Counted from the first letter of the stretch, positions 18,061 to 28,115 are shown. The stretch: 64,000 bases of DNA from Bdellovibrionales bacterium (GCA_965219095.1 CBDCMT010000001.1:576001-640000), one strand, 5' to 3'. Made by a program: numbers and translations. Notes: generated by a model not told the origin, from the sequence alone.

Positions 18061-20025
18061 TTAACGACCACGACTGCGGCCTCCAGAACGTGAACGTCCC
18101 CTTCTTCCTCTTTCCTCTCCATAATACCTTCTTCCACCTCTATATCTACCGTAGTAAAAATCACCACCACCACTAAAGTCACCATAAATATAATCTCTAT
18201 ACACTTCTTGAACCTGAGATTGAAGAATGCCCATTTGTTGATACAATCCTTGCAATCTTTGTTGAGCTATTTGTTGGTTTTGTATTCTTCTTTGTTGGTA
18301 TTCCATAGCTACTTGAATGGCTTGAAATTGAGAACCGCCTAAACCACCGCCTCCTAAGCCACCTCCTAGAATTAAGTTCAATAGTCCATTGCCGCCTCCT
18401 AAGCCACCGCCTCCTAAGCCACCGCCTCCTAAGCCACCTCCTAGAATTAAGTTCAATAGTCCATTGCTGCCTCCTAAGCCACCGCCTCCTAAGCCACCGC
18501 CTCCTAAGCCACCTCCTAGAATTAAGTTCAATAGTCCATTGCCGCCTCCTAAGCCACCGCCTCCTAAGCCACCGCCTCCTAAGCCACCTCCTAGAATTAA
18601 GTTCAATAGTCCACCGCCGCCGCCTCCTAAGCCACCGCCTCCTAAGCCACCTCCTAGAATTAAGTTCAATAGTCCACCGCCGCCGCCTCCTAAGCCACCG
18701 CCTCCTAAGCCACCTCCTAGAATTAAGTTCAATAGTCCACCGCCGCCGCCGCCTCCTAGACCTGGATTAGCATAAAAAGGACTTAAACCAGAGCGAAGAA
18801 GCAAAGGAAGAGCTTGAGGACCATAAAGAGATAGGAGAGAATTATAACCAAAGTTTCCATGAAGATTCCAAGCCCCATTAGTTCCTCCTCCTAGACCACC
18901 TGATCCATACATTTTTGAACAAAGAAGAGCATGTTGAGAAGAATTGCCTCCGGAAAATAAAAAAGGCCAAAGAGCTGAAATACCTGCACCAGCAACTGCT
19001 CCTGATGGAGTAGGAAACCCTAAACGACTACGATGATCAATAGCTCTATCAGCTAAATATACAGAAGTTCCCACACCAATAGCAGCACCTAAGACTCTTT
19101 CAAAAATATCCCAACCCGACTGTTTTGGTTTTTGATAACAAAGCCCTGAAGGACAATGAGCCTGCAAACTGCCGGACCGTATTTTTTTCTGCAAACTTTC
19201 AATCGCATCTTCTTTTTCATCTTCATGATCGTCTAAAGCATCTTCTAAATTAGTAAATAGTTCTTCAAGGGTTTCAATATAATTTATTTGATTTTCTCTT
19301 GATTCTAAGGCATTTTTAATTTGTTTTTTACATGGGATTAAAGAGGTTTTTTTACAAACTATACCACTTAAAAATTCTGTCGCATTATCTTTGTCCATTT
19401 TACCATTATTACATACTTTCTCATTAGAAGTGTTAACAGTATCATTATCATTTTCTTTGCATTTACCCTCCTTAAAGTTATCTTGATTAATTTTGTTTTT
19501 ACACCCAAGATCAGGATACCTATGCACTAGATCAATAAGTTCACTTTTCGAAACACCCACATCTGTACCATCTCTTTCACACTTAAGGTTATCCTTAATA
19601 AAATCTCCTTTGCTAAACTTACGAGAAATTCCCTTTTGTATATCATCATCACCTCCATGATAGCCTGTTAAAGTACAATTGTCTGCTATCTCATCGAGAT
19701 CAATTTCTTCATTATCATTATCTTCAAGTGTAAAAAGCTCATCTATATCTTCTATATTAGAAGGATCAACTTCCAAATTTATTTTTAAACCGCAATATCT
19801 TTTTGTTTCCTTTGAAAGGTCTCTTATCTTATCTTTTATTTTTTCTATATTATTTTTTATATCTTTAACATTTTTTTTATAACCTTGATGGTGTTGTACC
19901 AACAAATCATTTATTGTAATAGGCTGGGGGCATCGATTAGATAACCACTGTGGTGTATATAAAAAGCCTGAAGCTGAAACTCCAAAGGTTAACGTCAATA
20001 TTAAAAGACTGTACTTAAATTTCAT
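18061..20025 (-). CDS. Secreted Cys-rich/coiled-coil protein with glycine-rich repeat and RG-rich tail
   Basis: RBS GAGGGGG before ATG 20025; signal peptide MKFKYSLLILTLTFGVSA; six GLLNLILGGGLGGGG repeats. Confidence 0.8.
   Translation of the reverse strand: MKFKYSLLILTLTFGVSASGFLYTPQWLSNRCPQPITINDLLVQHHQGYKKNVKDIKNNIEKIKDKIRDLSKETKRYCGLKINLEVDPSNIEDIDELFTLEDNDNEEIDLDEIADNCTLTGYHGGDDDIQKGISRKFSKGDFIKDNLKCERDGTDVGVSKSELIDLVHRYPDLGCKNKINQDNFKEGKCKENDNDTVNTSNEKVCNNGKMDKDNATEFLSGIVCKKTSLIPCKKQIKNALESRENQINYIETLEELFTNLEDALDDHEDEKEDAIESLQKKIRSGSLQAHCPSGLCYQKPKQSGWDIFERVLGAAIGVGTSVYLADRAIDHRSRLGFPTPSGAVAGAGISALWPFLFSGGNSSQHALLCSKMYGSGGLGGGTNGAWNLHGNFGYNSLLSLYGPQALPLLLRSGLSPFYANPGLGGGGGGGLLNLILGGGLGGGGLGGGGGGLLNLILGGGLGGGGLGGGGGGLLNLILGGGLGGGGLGGGGLGGGNGLLNLILGGGLGGGGLGGGGLGGSNGLLNLILGGGLGGGGLGGGGLGGGNGLLNLILGGGLGGGGLGGSQFQAIQVAMEYQQRRIQNQQIAQQRLQGLYQQMGILQSQVQEVYRDYIYGDFSGGGDFYYGRYRGGRRYYGEERGRRGRSRSGGRSRGR
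18335..18760. repeat. Hierarchical coding tandem repeat (75/63-bp units built from 15-bp sub-units)
   Basis: AGAATTAAGTTCAATAGTCCA at 18368, 18443, 18518, 18593, 18656 and 18719, separated by AAGCCACCGCCTCCT runs. Confidence 0.95.
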
Positions 20026-20536
20026 AAAATCCCCCTCTATAATAGACACTTCCTAGATTACCATACACAGGAAGAAAACTCAAAATAAGGCCTTTCAGAA
20101 AACAGGACTTGAGTCCTGTTAATTTTTTAGAACAATTCCGATTCTGACAGATAACAAAAGAGTTTTTTTAAACTTTGGAAGAGACAATCACATTTTTGCT
20201 AATCTAACTATATATGACATTTCTTTTTTTTTACTTTAGTCTAGCTCTCTTTCAAAATTTGATCCTGCTTCAAAGGGGAAAGACTTTTTCTCTCTTCCTT
20301 ACCTTTAATGAGATTTACAACTTTAATGCAAAAGTTTTAATATAAAGACCAGCAAAATAAAATTCAGATATAGCACTCAAAAAGAATAGAACTTTTCTTC
20401 ATTTAGGTTAGAAGAGTTCTGCTGTTCAACTGTGTTTCAAAGAAGATTCAAAACTTAGTAAGCCTTTTGAAGTTTTTTGTTTGAAATGAGAAACTTTTAG
20501 CTACAAATTTTCAGGAGAACTTGAAAAAACACAAAT

Positions 20537-22291
20537 TCAATTCTTATGGAATTTCCTTGTAGTACACAAGCCAAGATTTAAAAGCTGTTCAGAACTTATA
20601 GGAGAAGGACTTTGTATCATAAGGTCCATAGCACTTGTTGTTTTAGGAAAGGCCATAACATCCCGAATGTTATTTGTATCTAGTAAACACATCATAAGCC
20701 TTTCAAGCCCTATAGCAAAACCTCCATGAGGAGGAGTTCCATGCTTTAAAGCTTCCAGGAGAAACCCAAACTGCTTATAAGCTTGATCTTTACTAAAGCC
20801 TAAAATTTTTAAAATTTGTAACTGTAAATGAGGATTATGGATACGCAGACTCCCCCCTCCTAATTCATGACCGTTACAGACAAGATCATAAGCACGAGCT
20901 TTCACTTTAGAAATAAAGCCCTCATCATTAAGCTGATCAAGAAATTCTTCATGAGGTGCTGTAAAAGGGTGATGGCAAGCAACCCACTTTTTTTCTTCTT
21001 CATCAAATTCAAAACTAGGAAAATCCACAATCCATAAAAACTGATCATCTTTGTTGTTTGCAAACCCAAGCCTTTGTGCTAAATGAACCCTTAAGGCCCC
21101 TAAAGACTCACAACAGATCTTATGTTCGTCAGCAATGATGAAGGCAGTGCCTGTTTTTTTTCCTCCCAGCTGAGAAAAAACATACTCTAAGAACTCTTGG
21201 GATACAAATTTTTTAAAAGAACTAGTCCACTCCCCTAAATCATTCACCTTAAGCCAAGCTAAACCTTTAGCTTGAAAACCTTGTACAAGTTTATTGAAAC
21301 CATCCAAATCTTTTCTAGAAAATAAATTTTCCACAAAAAAACCTTTAATAGATTTTTTACTCTTAAAAGCTTTTTCAAAAACTTCAAAACCACAGCCCTC
21401 GATTCCTGGAACATCCACAAGCTTCCAAGGGATTCTCAAGTCAGGCCTATCAGATCCGTACTGATTCATAGCTTCTTCATAGCTCATAACAGAAAAAGGT
21501 TTTAAGTCTTTGTTTTTAAACTTTTTCCATAAAAAACATATAAGTTTTTCTATAACACTCATAACGTCTTTTTCACTCACAAAACTCATCTCCAAATCAA
21601 TCTGACTGAACTCTGGCTGACGATCCGATCTTAAATCTTCATCTCTAAAACATCGTGCTATCTGAAAGTAACGATCCACTCCAGATGACATAAGAAGTTG
21701 TTTTAAAATTTGAGGGCTTTGAGGAAGGGCATAAAAAAAGCCTTTATAAAGGCGGGAGGGAATTAAATAATCTCTTGCTCCCTCTGGAGTGCTTTTACAA
21801 AGTATAGGAGTTTCTATCTCCCAAAACTTCTCATTTGATAAATAATTACGAATAGCTAAAACAACTTGATGGCGTACTTTAAGATGGTTCATTATCTTTG
21901 GTGAACGTAAATAAAGATAACGGTACTGAAGTTTAAGATTCTCAGAAACTTTCTCATCATCAACCAAAAAGGGCAAGTTCTGTGCTTGATTGAGAATCCT
22001 ATACCCAAAAGGGTGAACTTCTATTTTACCTGTCGGCATTTTAGGGTTGATATGATTTTCAGTTCTTTTTAGCACTGTACCCTCAATTTCTAAAATACAT
22101 TCTCTTTTGATCTCTTTTGCTAGAGGAAATCTCTCAAAATGTAACACAACTTGAACGAGACCTGTACGATCTCTTAAAGTGACAAAAATAAAATGCCCGT
22201 AATCTCTTAAGGAATGGACCCAGCCCACTAAAAGTACTTTTTTTCCATGATTCTGAACGTCCAATTCGCCGCAATAATGACTTCTTCTCAT
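20537..22291 (-). CDS. aspS: Aspartate--tRNA ligase
   Basis: RSHYCGEL, STPEGARDYL, LPQSPQ, CFRDEDLRSDRQPEF, HHPFT, PPHGG.A.GLER. Confidence 0.97.
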   Translation of the reverse strand: MRRSHYCGELDVQNHGKKVLLVGWVHSLRDYGHFIFVTLRDRTGLVQVVLHFERFPLAKEIKRECILEIEGTVLKRTENHINPKMPTGKIEVHPFGYRILNQAQNLPFLVDDEKVSENLKLQYRYLYLRSPKIMNHLKVRHQVVLAIRNYLSNEKFWEIETPILCKSTPEGARDYLIPSRLYKGFFYALPQSPQILKQLLMSSGVDRYFQIARCFRDEDLRSDRQPEFSQIDLEMSFVSEKDVMSVIEKLICFLWKKFKNKDLKPFSVMSYEEAMNQYGSDRPDLRIPWKLVDVPGIEGCGFEVFEKAFKSKKSIKGFFVENLFSRKDLDGFNKLVQGFQAKGLAWLKVNDLGEWTSSFKKFVSQEFLEYVFSQLGGKKTGTAFIIADEHKICCESLGALRVHLAQRLGFANNKDDQFLWIVDFPSFEFDEEEKKWVACHHPFTAPHEEFLDQLNDEGFISKVKARAYDLVCNGHELGGGSLRIHNPHLQLQILKILGFSKDQAYKQFGFLLEALKHGTPPHGGFAIGLERLMMCLLDTNNIRDVMAFPKTTSAMDLMIQSPSPISSEQLLNLGLCTTRKFHKN

Positions 22292-22405
22292 ACTAACATC
22301 TAAATTATAGGGAAGTCTTAAATATAAGACAAGAGATTTATAGGGGCTTTTCTATCTATAAAAGTCTTTTTGACAAAGAGGCTTTCCTTCATTTATAATG
22401 GAACT

Positions 22406-22720
22406 ATGCCAAAGTTAGAGTTAGAATTTAAAACAAAACAATCTGCTAAAGGTACTTTTAGTACTTTAAAGAAGATCTTACCTCAACACCCTCGTTTCAA
22501 AAAACTAGACCCTTCCTTTACTTGTAAATTTCATTCTAATCATTTGAATGTAGATATTAAAAGCAAACTTTTTAAAGCCCATGTGTCTTTAATAGAAAAT
22601 AAGTCTCAAACGACAATTAAAATCAAGGGAGAGATCCCTTTTGCTATGGCTCTTTTTAAGGGGCAGATAGAAAAAGCTTTGAAAAGTGAGATGAACAAAG
22701 CTTTTTCTGATCTATCATGA
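22406..22720 (+). CDS. Putative polyhydroxyalkanoic-acid-system family protein
   Basis: MPKL start; C-terminal IPFAMALFKGQIEKAL pattern. Confidence 0.5.
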   Translation: MPKLELEFKTKQSAKGTFSTLKKILPQHPRFKKLDPSFTCKFHSNHLNVDIKSKLFKAHVSLIENKSQTTIKIKGEIPFAMALFKGQIEKALKSEMNKAFSDLS

Positions 22721-23679
22721 AAAAGAAAAAAAACAAAGCTTTCACAAAAAAAAAGAAACTACTTAGAAAAAAGACACTTCAAAAAACAAATAAAACCTTC
22801 GCAAAACTCAAGCCTATTAAGAAGGAACTTGTTAAACCTACTTCCGCACCCTCCCTCTATGATCCTCTGTCTGTGTATATATCTCAAATTCAAAAATATA
22901 AAATTTTATCTAAACAAGAAGAGAAAAAAATTGCCATTGAATACAAAAAAACAGGAAACAAAGATCTAGCTCAAAAGCTCATAACCTCTAACCTTCGCTT
23001 TGTAGTTAAAATTGCAAGCCAGTACTCTCAACTAGGAGTTCAACTCATTGAACTCATACAACAAGGCAACATCGGTCTTATGCATGCTGTAAAAGAATTT
23101 AACCCTTATAAAGACATTCGTCTTATTACCTATGCTGTATGGTGGATTAGAGGCTACATTCAAGAGTACTTAAGAAACCAGTACTCTATTGTCAAAATAG
23201 GCACCACCCCTGAACAAAGAAAACTTTTCTACGCTCTACAAAGAGAAAAAAGCAAAATTGATGAATTAGGCTACTCCACAGTCATAAGACAACTTAGTGG
23301 AAAGCTCAACATAAAAGAAAAAGATGTAAAAGAAATGGGGGAAAGAATTTTACAAAGAGATATAAGCTTAGATCAAAAAATAAAACCCGATCAAGAAAAA
23401 ACTTTCTTAGAAATGCAACCAGAAGAAGAATCTCTTGAAGAAAAAGTAGCCTACAGGGAGCAAATTTACAAACTCAAAGAGAGTATTGAGAAACTAAAAC
23501 CCCAGCTCAATGAAAAAGAGCTTTTTATTTTAAATCATCGTATTATGTCTGACTCCCCTATGACCCTTCAAGATATTGGAAATCACAGAGGCGTTAGTCG
23601 TGAATCAATAAGACAAATGGAGGCTCGTATTATACAAAAAATAAAAAATTTCACTCACAAACAACTTAAAAAAGAATAA
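22717..23679 (+). CDS. rpoH: RNA polymerase sigma-32-type factor
   Basis: LITSNLRFVVKIA, GNIGLM.AV..F.P, TYAVWWIR, RpoH box TT.EQRKLFY.L, region 4 VSRE.IRQ.E. Confidence 0.88.
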   Translation: MKKKKNKAFTKKKKLLRKKTLQKTNKTFAKLKPIKKELVKPTSAPSLYDPLSVYISQIQKYKILSKQEEKKIAIEYKKTGNKDLAQKLITSNLRFVVKIASQYSQLGVQLIELIQQGNIGLMHAVKEFNPYKDIRLITYAVWWIRGYIQEYLRNQYSIVKIGTTPEQRKLFYALQREKSKIDELGYSTVIRQLSGKLNIKEKDVKEMGERILQRDISLDQKIKPDQEKTFLEMQPEEESLEEKVAYREQIYKLKESIEKLKPQLNEKELFILNHRIMSDSPMTLQDIGNHRGVSRESIRQMEARIIQKIKNFTHKQLKKE

Positions 23680-23790
23680 ACTTTAACTTTAAGTAACTGT
23701 TTGAAAAAAATCTAGTTATGTTTTCAGATTTTTTGAGTTGAGGTCTAGTTTTTATTCTAAGGCCTTGATAAAAAGTCATTTATTTTTAAA

Positions 23791-23849
23791 AATAGTTTCA
23801 TATGACAATTCTCCCTTTAGATTCTAAAAACCTAAACGGAAGTACTATA
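23791..23849 (+). mobile_element. Collapsed IS630 remnant (start-codon region joined to right end)
   Basis: ATAGTTTCATATG matches sequence around the IS630 ATG at 63990 (minus); AAAACCTAAACGGAAGTACTATA matches the right end at 25241-25263. Confidence 0.55.
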
Positions 23850-24044
23850 TGAGCAAGAATGAAAAGCCTAAAAACGACAATCACAAGGCTCTTTCAAGAG
23901 TGTCTATCAAAAAGAAAATATGGATGACCAGCCTTTTTTTGAAAAGCTGGGACTTAAAAACCCTGATTAGAAGAGTTAGACTCATCTAAGAAGTAAGCTC
24001 ATAAAAAGGAGCTTACTATTAACAATAAAAAAGGAGGTCATCCA

Positions 24045-24214
24045 ATGAAAAATATAATGTATATCGGACTAGACGTCGATGATAAAAGTTTCACAGCTAG
24101 CTTAGTCAAAGAGGGCTTAAGCGACGAGGTCATAAGTATAAAGAGCCGTCCCAACTTTAAAGCCTTTCAGAAAAAGATAGAGAGGTTTATAAAAGAAGGC
24201 TACCAATTAAAGGT
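24045..24214 (+). pseudogene. IS110-family transposase N-terminus truncated by IS3
   Basis: MKNIMYIGLDVDDKSF; RBS AAGGAGG; IS3 end begins at 24215. Confidence 0.8.
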
Positions 24215-24392
24215 TGAACTTCCCCTGTTTCTGCGGACAGTCAATTTTCTCTTAAAGTCTCCGTAAAATGGAGGTAAAAGAAAGAATGAAAAAGTAAAAC
24301 AGTACTCGGAAGAGTTTAAAAAGCAAGCCATTGAATTGGCAGAGGAAATAGGTGCAAAGGAAGCCTCAGAGAAGCTAGGACTGAGAAATTTC
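24215..24392 (+). mobile_element. IS3 left-end fragment
   Basis: Near-identical to 62002-62180. Confidence 0.92.
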
Positions 24393-24471
24393 AAAGCTAT
24401 GTTATCTATAGCATGTATTTTTATTTGGCTTAAACTTCAAAGTAAAGGTCCAGTCAAATGAGGACACGCCC
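24393..24471 (+). mobile_element. IS5-family 3' end fragment inserted at TAA in IS630
   Basis: KAMLSIACIFIWL C-terminal peptide; end GAGGACACGCCC followed by TAA. Confidence 0.6.
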
Positions 24472-25263
24472 TAAGAAAGAGGAGAAAATGCTTTTAAAGG
24501 AATTAGAGAAAAGAATTTTTCCATCATCACAATCTGTTATCCAGTTCATTGAGGAGAATTTTGGTGTTACGTACTTTAACAAGTGGTGTAATTGATCTTC
24601 TCCATCGCCTTGGTTTTTCTTATAAAAAAGCCACAGCGATACCGGGTAAGGCAAAGAGAGAAGAGCAGAAAAAGTTTGTGCGTAAATACAAGAGAATTAA
24701 GAAGAAAGACGGTCCTGTTTACTTTGCTGATTCCACACATCCTGAGTGGGGCCCTACGATTTCATATGGTTGGATAAGAGAGGGTAAGAAGTTTGAAGTG
24801 AAGACCAATTCAGGCTGGAGAAAAAGAGTGAATGTTTGTGGAGCTATTGAGATCAATAGTTTGAAGACGGTAGTCAGGAGTTATAAGACAGTTAACCATG
24901 TTTCCATATGTGATATGCTCCATCATATTCGCAAGAAGCATCCCGATGAAAAAGAGATTCATCTTATCTTAGATGGGGCCGGATACAATAGATCGAAGTC
25001 TGTCAAGAAGTTAGCGAAAGAGTTGAATATAAAACTTGTTTATCTTCCTCCGTACTCACCGAATTTAAATCCTATAGAAAGACTTTGGAAGTTTATGAAA
25101 AAAGAAGTCACGGCGAATCGATATTATGAAAACTATGACGATTTCAAGGGAAGTTTAAGTCAATTTTTTAGAGGAATACGAAAACACAGATCTAAATTAG
25201 AAACTTTGATAACTGATAACTTCTCTATCTTAGGAAACTGAAAACCTAAACGGAAGCACTATA
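24472..25263 (+). pseudogene. IS630 transposase (type A), 5'-truncated, with right end
   Basis: YFADSTH, LILDGAGYN, LPPYSPNLNPIERLW; similar to 63253-64000. Confidence 0.9.
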
Positions 25264-25710
25264 TAACATAGCAAAGTCGTTGAAAAAAAGATTAAGGGGC
25301 AAAGCTCTTTCGTGTCATCTTAATGCGTCTATCAAAAAGTATGTCAAGAAAAAACACTTCTCCATTTACAAAAAATATAAAAAATTTTTTTTTGCATACG
25401 GTCACGAATATTCTAATCACCTAAGAAAAAACTTCCTGCATTTCCTTTCCATTTTTTAATGACTCTTCCTTTACACATTGTAAAACAAACATATTCCTAT
25501 TATGCGTCTATCTGAACCTTTTTTAGTTTTAAATCATGAATTCCAAAGATTTAAAACTTTAGATTATAGTAAATTTCAGGAATAGAGGATGTGCTATTCG
25601 TCGAAATGAATTTTTTATAAATATCATTTTTATTAAGCTATCTATCCTCACCTCATAAAGTCATTATTTGTATTGTTACTTACTATGCAAGAAACTTTAA
25701 ACAGATGATT

Positions 25711-26717
25711 TTACAAGGTTGTTTTATTATTATTTACATTTTTACGTTCTTCATAAGGTTTATATTTTTTTCCAGACTTGAAAACACCTAAAGTTAAAGC
25801 TGCAATTCTTCTAGTTGGTAGCGTTTCTAGCAGTGTGTGGTGGTAAATTTTTTTTGATCAATTCTTCATAAAAATCATTAAATTCATTGTTATTTCCTAT
25901 AACTGAGAGTGCAGCTATCTTAAAAACACTTTTCATTTGTGGGCAAAACCTAGACTTCTTAGTTCCATAAGACCTTCCACTACTCATTTTATGTAGCTTT
26001 ACAAGTCCGCAGTCCACTCCACCAGGAATTACGTTTAAATCGATGAGGCACTACAACCCTGGCTACAATCTTGATAGCCTTGATAGAACCAATTCCTGGA
26101 ATGCTACTAAGATTTCTAATATCTTTGTGTTTTTTACTTAGCCTCTTAAACTCTGCTTCATAACGTGCTTTCTCCTCCCCATAAGCACTGATAGCTTTAT
26201 CTAAGCCTTCTAGAACAAATATATCTCTTCTGCCCGTTTTAATTGAGTCTGCTTCTTAGCATCAAGATGGGAAGCTCGAAACAGAGCTGATCTTTGGTTT
26301 TTAACACGAACTCCTCTTTTAACTACATCTTCATACCCACTGACAATCTTACGAAGGTAAATGAATTCATCACCTGAGTGAAAAACTGGTTTCAAAAGGC
26401 CAGAGCGTAACAATAAAACAAGTTTTTCAGCATCAATTTTATCAGTTTTAGCCCCTTCACTTAAAAGTCTGTTCCGAAGAGGATCACAGACTATGAACTC
26501 ATCAACACTATCCTTTAATTCTGAATACAACCACTATCGAAGTTGTAGTCTCTTCGATAGTCAATATCTTCTTACCTTTCAGAGTTTTTAAATAGGCACG
26601 AAGATTCCCAAGATCTGAAATCGTGTCCATAGTCTTAATATCTTTTGATTTGCCTGTCATCCTTGAAATGGCCATGTTACTTTGTGCCCAATCTACGGCT
26701 ATATAGTGATCATACAT
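25711..26717 (-). pseudogene. IS110-family transposase, frameshifted
   Basis: YIAVDW, IEET, KTDKIDAEKL, IPGIG, CGL....SSG in successive frames; RBS AAGGAGG. Confidence 0.9.
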
Positions 26718-26982
26718 TTTATTTTCCTCCTTTGTTGGTTTGTTTATAAATAAAGTCTTGAAATCCTATTTTACATCTTTTTTTTGCTTTTTCCTTTTTT
26801 TCGAGTAAGCCTTCACAAAAATACAGGCTTAATCGAAAAAAAGGGAAAACACCCTTTGAGGCCTTAAAAAGCAGGACAGCTAAAGGGTTTAGAATTTGTT
26901 TCAACAAGTTAACCTCCTTCTGCAAGTACTTTAGGGTCACTATCATGGCTTAAACCAGTGACCTGTCTTTTTGATTTACCGT
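26718..26982 (-). ncRNA. IS110 5' non-coding region, candidate bridge RNA
   Basis: Series of hairpins upstream of the IS110 transposase; G-U pairs favour the minus strand; 26835-26982 is duplicated at 36139-36284. Confidence 0.5.
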
Positions 26983-27107
26983 TAACCAGCACGCAGATAT
27001 GAGGTTGATAGTACAGAAGACTCATTTTTGAAAAACTTTTTTGTCAATGACTTACTTTTCTTGCTTGACTGACTGGTCATCCATAAGAGTATACATACTC
27101 TTATGAC

Positions 27108-28115
27108 TTGCCAAGAACTTTGAAACACATGATAATGAGTGGTATGCAACATATCTCCTTACAAGTTTTTAAATTTCTCCAAAAAACCTTTAAAAAACAG
27201 CCTTTAGTTGTGCAGAAGCTTATAGGAGATGCGAGCTTAAGGAATTATTTTAGGCTTTCAATGAAAAAACAGACTTATATAGTTATGGTTACAGATTCTT
27301 TTTTGTCAAAGAAAGATTTATTCTTGAAAGTTCAGGACTCTTATAGAAGGGCTTTCGTTCAGGTACCTCAGATTAAAACTTACTCAGAAAAGTTAGGAGT
27401 GATTGTCTTAGAGGACTTAGGAGACAAGGCTTTAGAAATGTTCCCCCTACCTCAATATACAGATCTTTATAAAAAGGCTATTGATGAACTTATGAAGATT
27501 CACTTTAAAGTCAGTTCTAAAAGTATAGGGTATAAGACGAGTTTTGATGTCAAAACGTTTATGTGGGAGATAGATCATTCTTTAGAGTATTTTGTGAGAA
27601 AGAATATGAAAATTAATCTTGAAGATTCTTTTAAAAGAGAGATTCGAAGGGAGTTTTTAGATATCTGTTCTAAATTGTCTCTTATGTGCCACTTTCTTTG
27701 CCATAGAGATTATCACTCAAGAAACATCATGGTCTATAACGATAAGACTTTTGTAATAGATTTTCAACATTCAAGAAAAGGACCTTTGGCTTATGACATT
27801 GTAAGCCTCCTCCATGACCCTTATCATGAAATGAATTATTATATGAGAAAAAAATTTTATGACTACTTTCTTTACAGAACACAAGAGTTTTGCAATCTTT
27901 CAAAAGAAAATTTTAAATCTCAATACCACTTACAGATTTTACAAAGATGCTTTAAGATCTGTGGTAATTATGCGGCCATTTTTCACTTAAACCACAATAA
28001 CAGATATTTAAAGTACATACGGCCTTCTGTGAGAAGTCTCTGCGAAGGTTTTTATTTTCACCCCTATTATAAACATATAGGAATGTTGCTTGAACGCATC
28101 AAAGGTTTTTTATGA
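27108..28115 (+). CDS. amgK: AmgK-like anomeric MurNAc/GlcNAc kinase (APH family)
   Basis: GDASLRNYFR, LEDLGD, HRDYHSRNIM, IDFQ, GP.AYD.VSLL.D; coupled to a nucleotidyltransferase. Confidence 0.8.
   Translation: MPRTLKHMIMSGMQHISLQVFKFLQKTFKKQPLVVQKLIGDASLRNYFRLSMKKQTYIVMVTDSFLSKKDLFLKVQDSYRRAFVQVPQIKTYSEKLGVIVLEDLGDKALEMFPLPQYTDLYKKAIDELMKIHFKVSSKSIGYKTSFDVKTFMWEIDHSLEYFVRKNMKINLEDSFKREIRREFLDICSKLSLMCHFLCHRDYHSRNIMVYNDKTFVIDFQHSRKGPLAYDIVSLLHDPYHEMNYYMRKKFYDYFLYRTQEFCNLSKENFKSQYHLQILQRCFKICGNYAAIFHLNHNNRYLKYIRPSVRSLCEGFYFHPYYKHIGMLLERIKGFL

Larger units (their letters stand above)
23919..27088 (+). mobile_element. IS1111-type (IS110 family) shell filled with nested IS fragments
   Basis: 13-bp perfect IR TATGGATGACCAG (23919-23931) / CTGGTCATCCATA (27073-27085); YIGLDV transposase start at 24045; TTGACT -35 box inside the right end. 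Confidence 0.6.

Noticed and set aside
18335..18760. Regularly spaced 21-bp repeats resembling a CRISPR array
   Set aside because: The intervening sequences are themselves repeats, all periods are multiples of 3, the array lies inside a CDS and there are no cas genes
18389..18775. Plus-strand Pro-rich ORF (PPPKP)n
   Set aside because: Antisense shadow of the Gly-rich repeat; no RBS
20101..20120. Palindrome AACAGGACT-TG-AGTCCTGTT upstream of the Gly-rich gene
   Set aside because: Could be an operator, but it is a single short instance with no supporting copy
26719..26946. 75-aa minus-strand ORF upstream of IS110
   Set aside because: Coincides with the hairpin-rich leader, and the second copy has indels that break the frame
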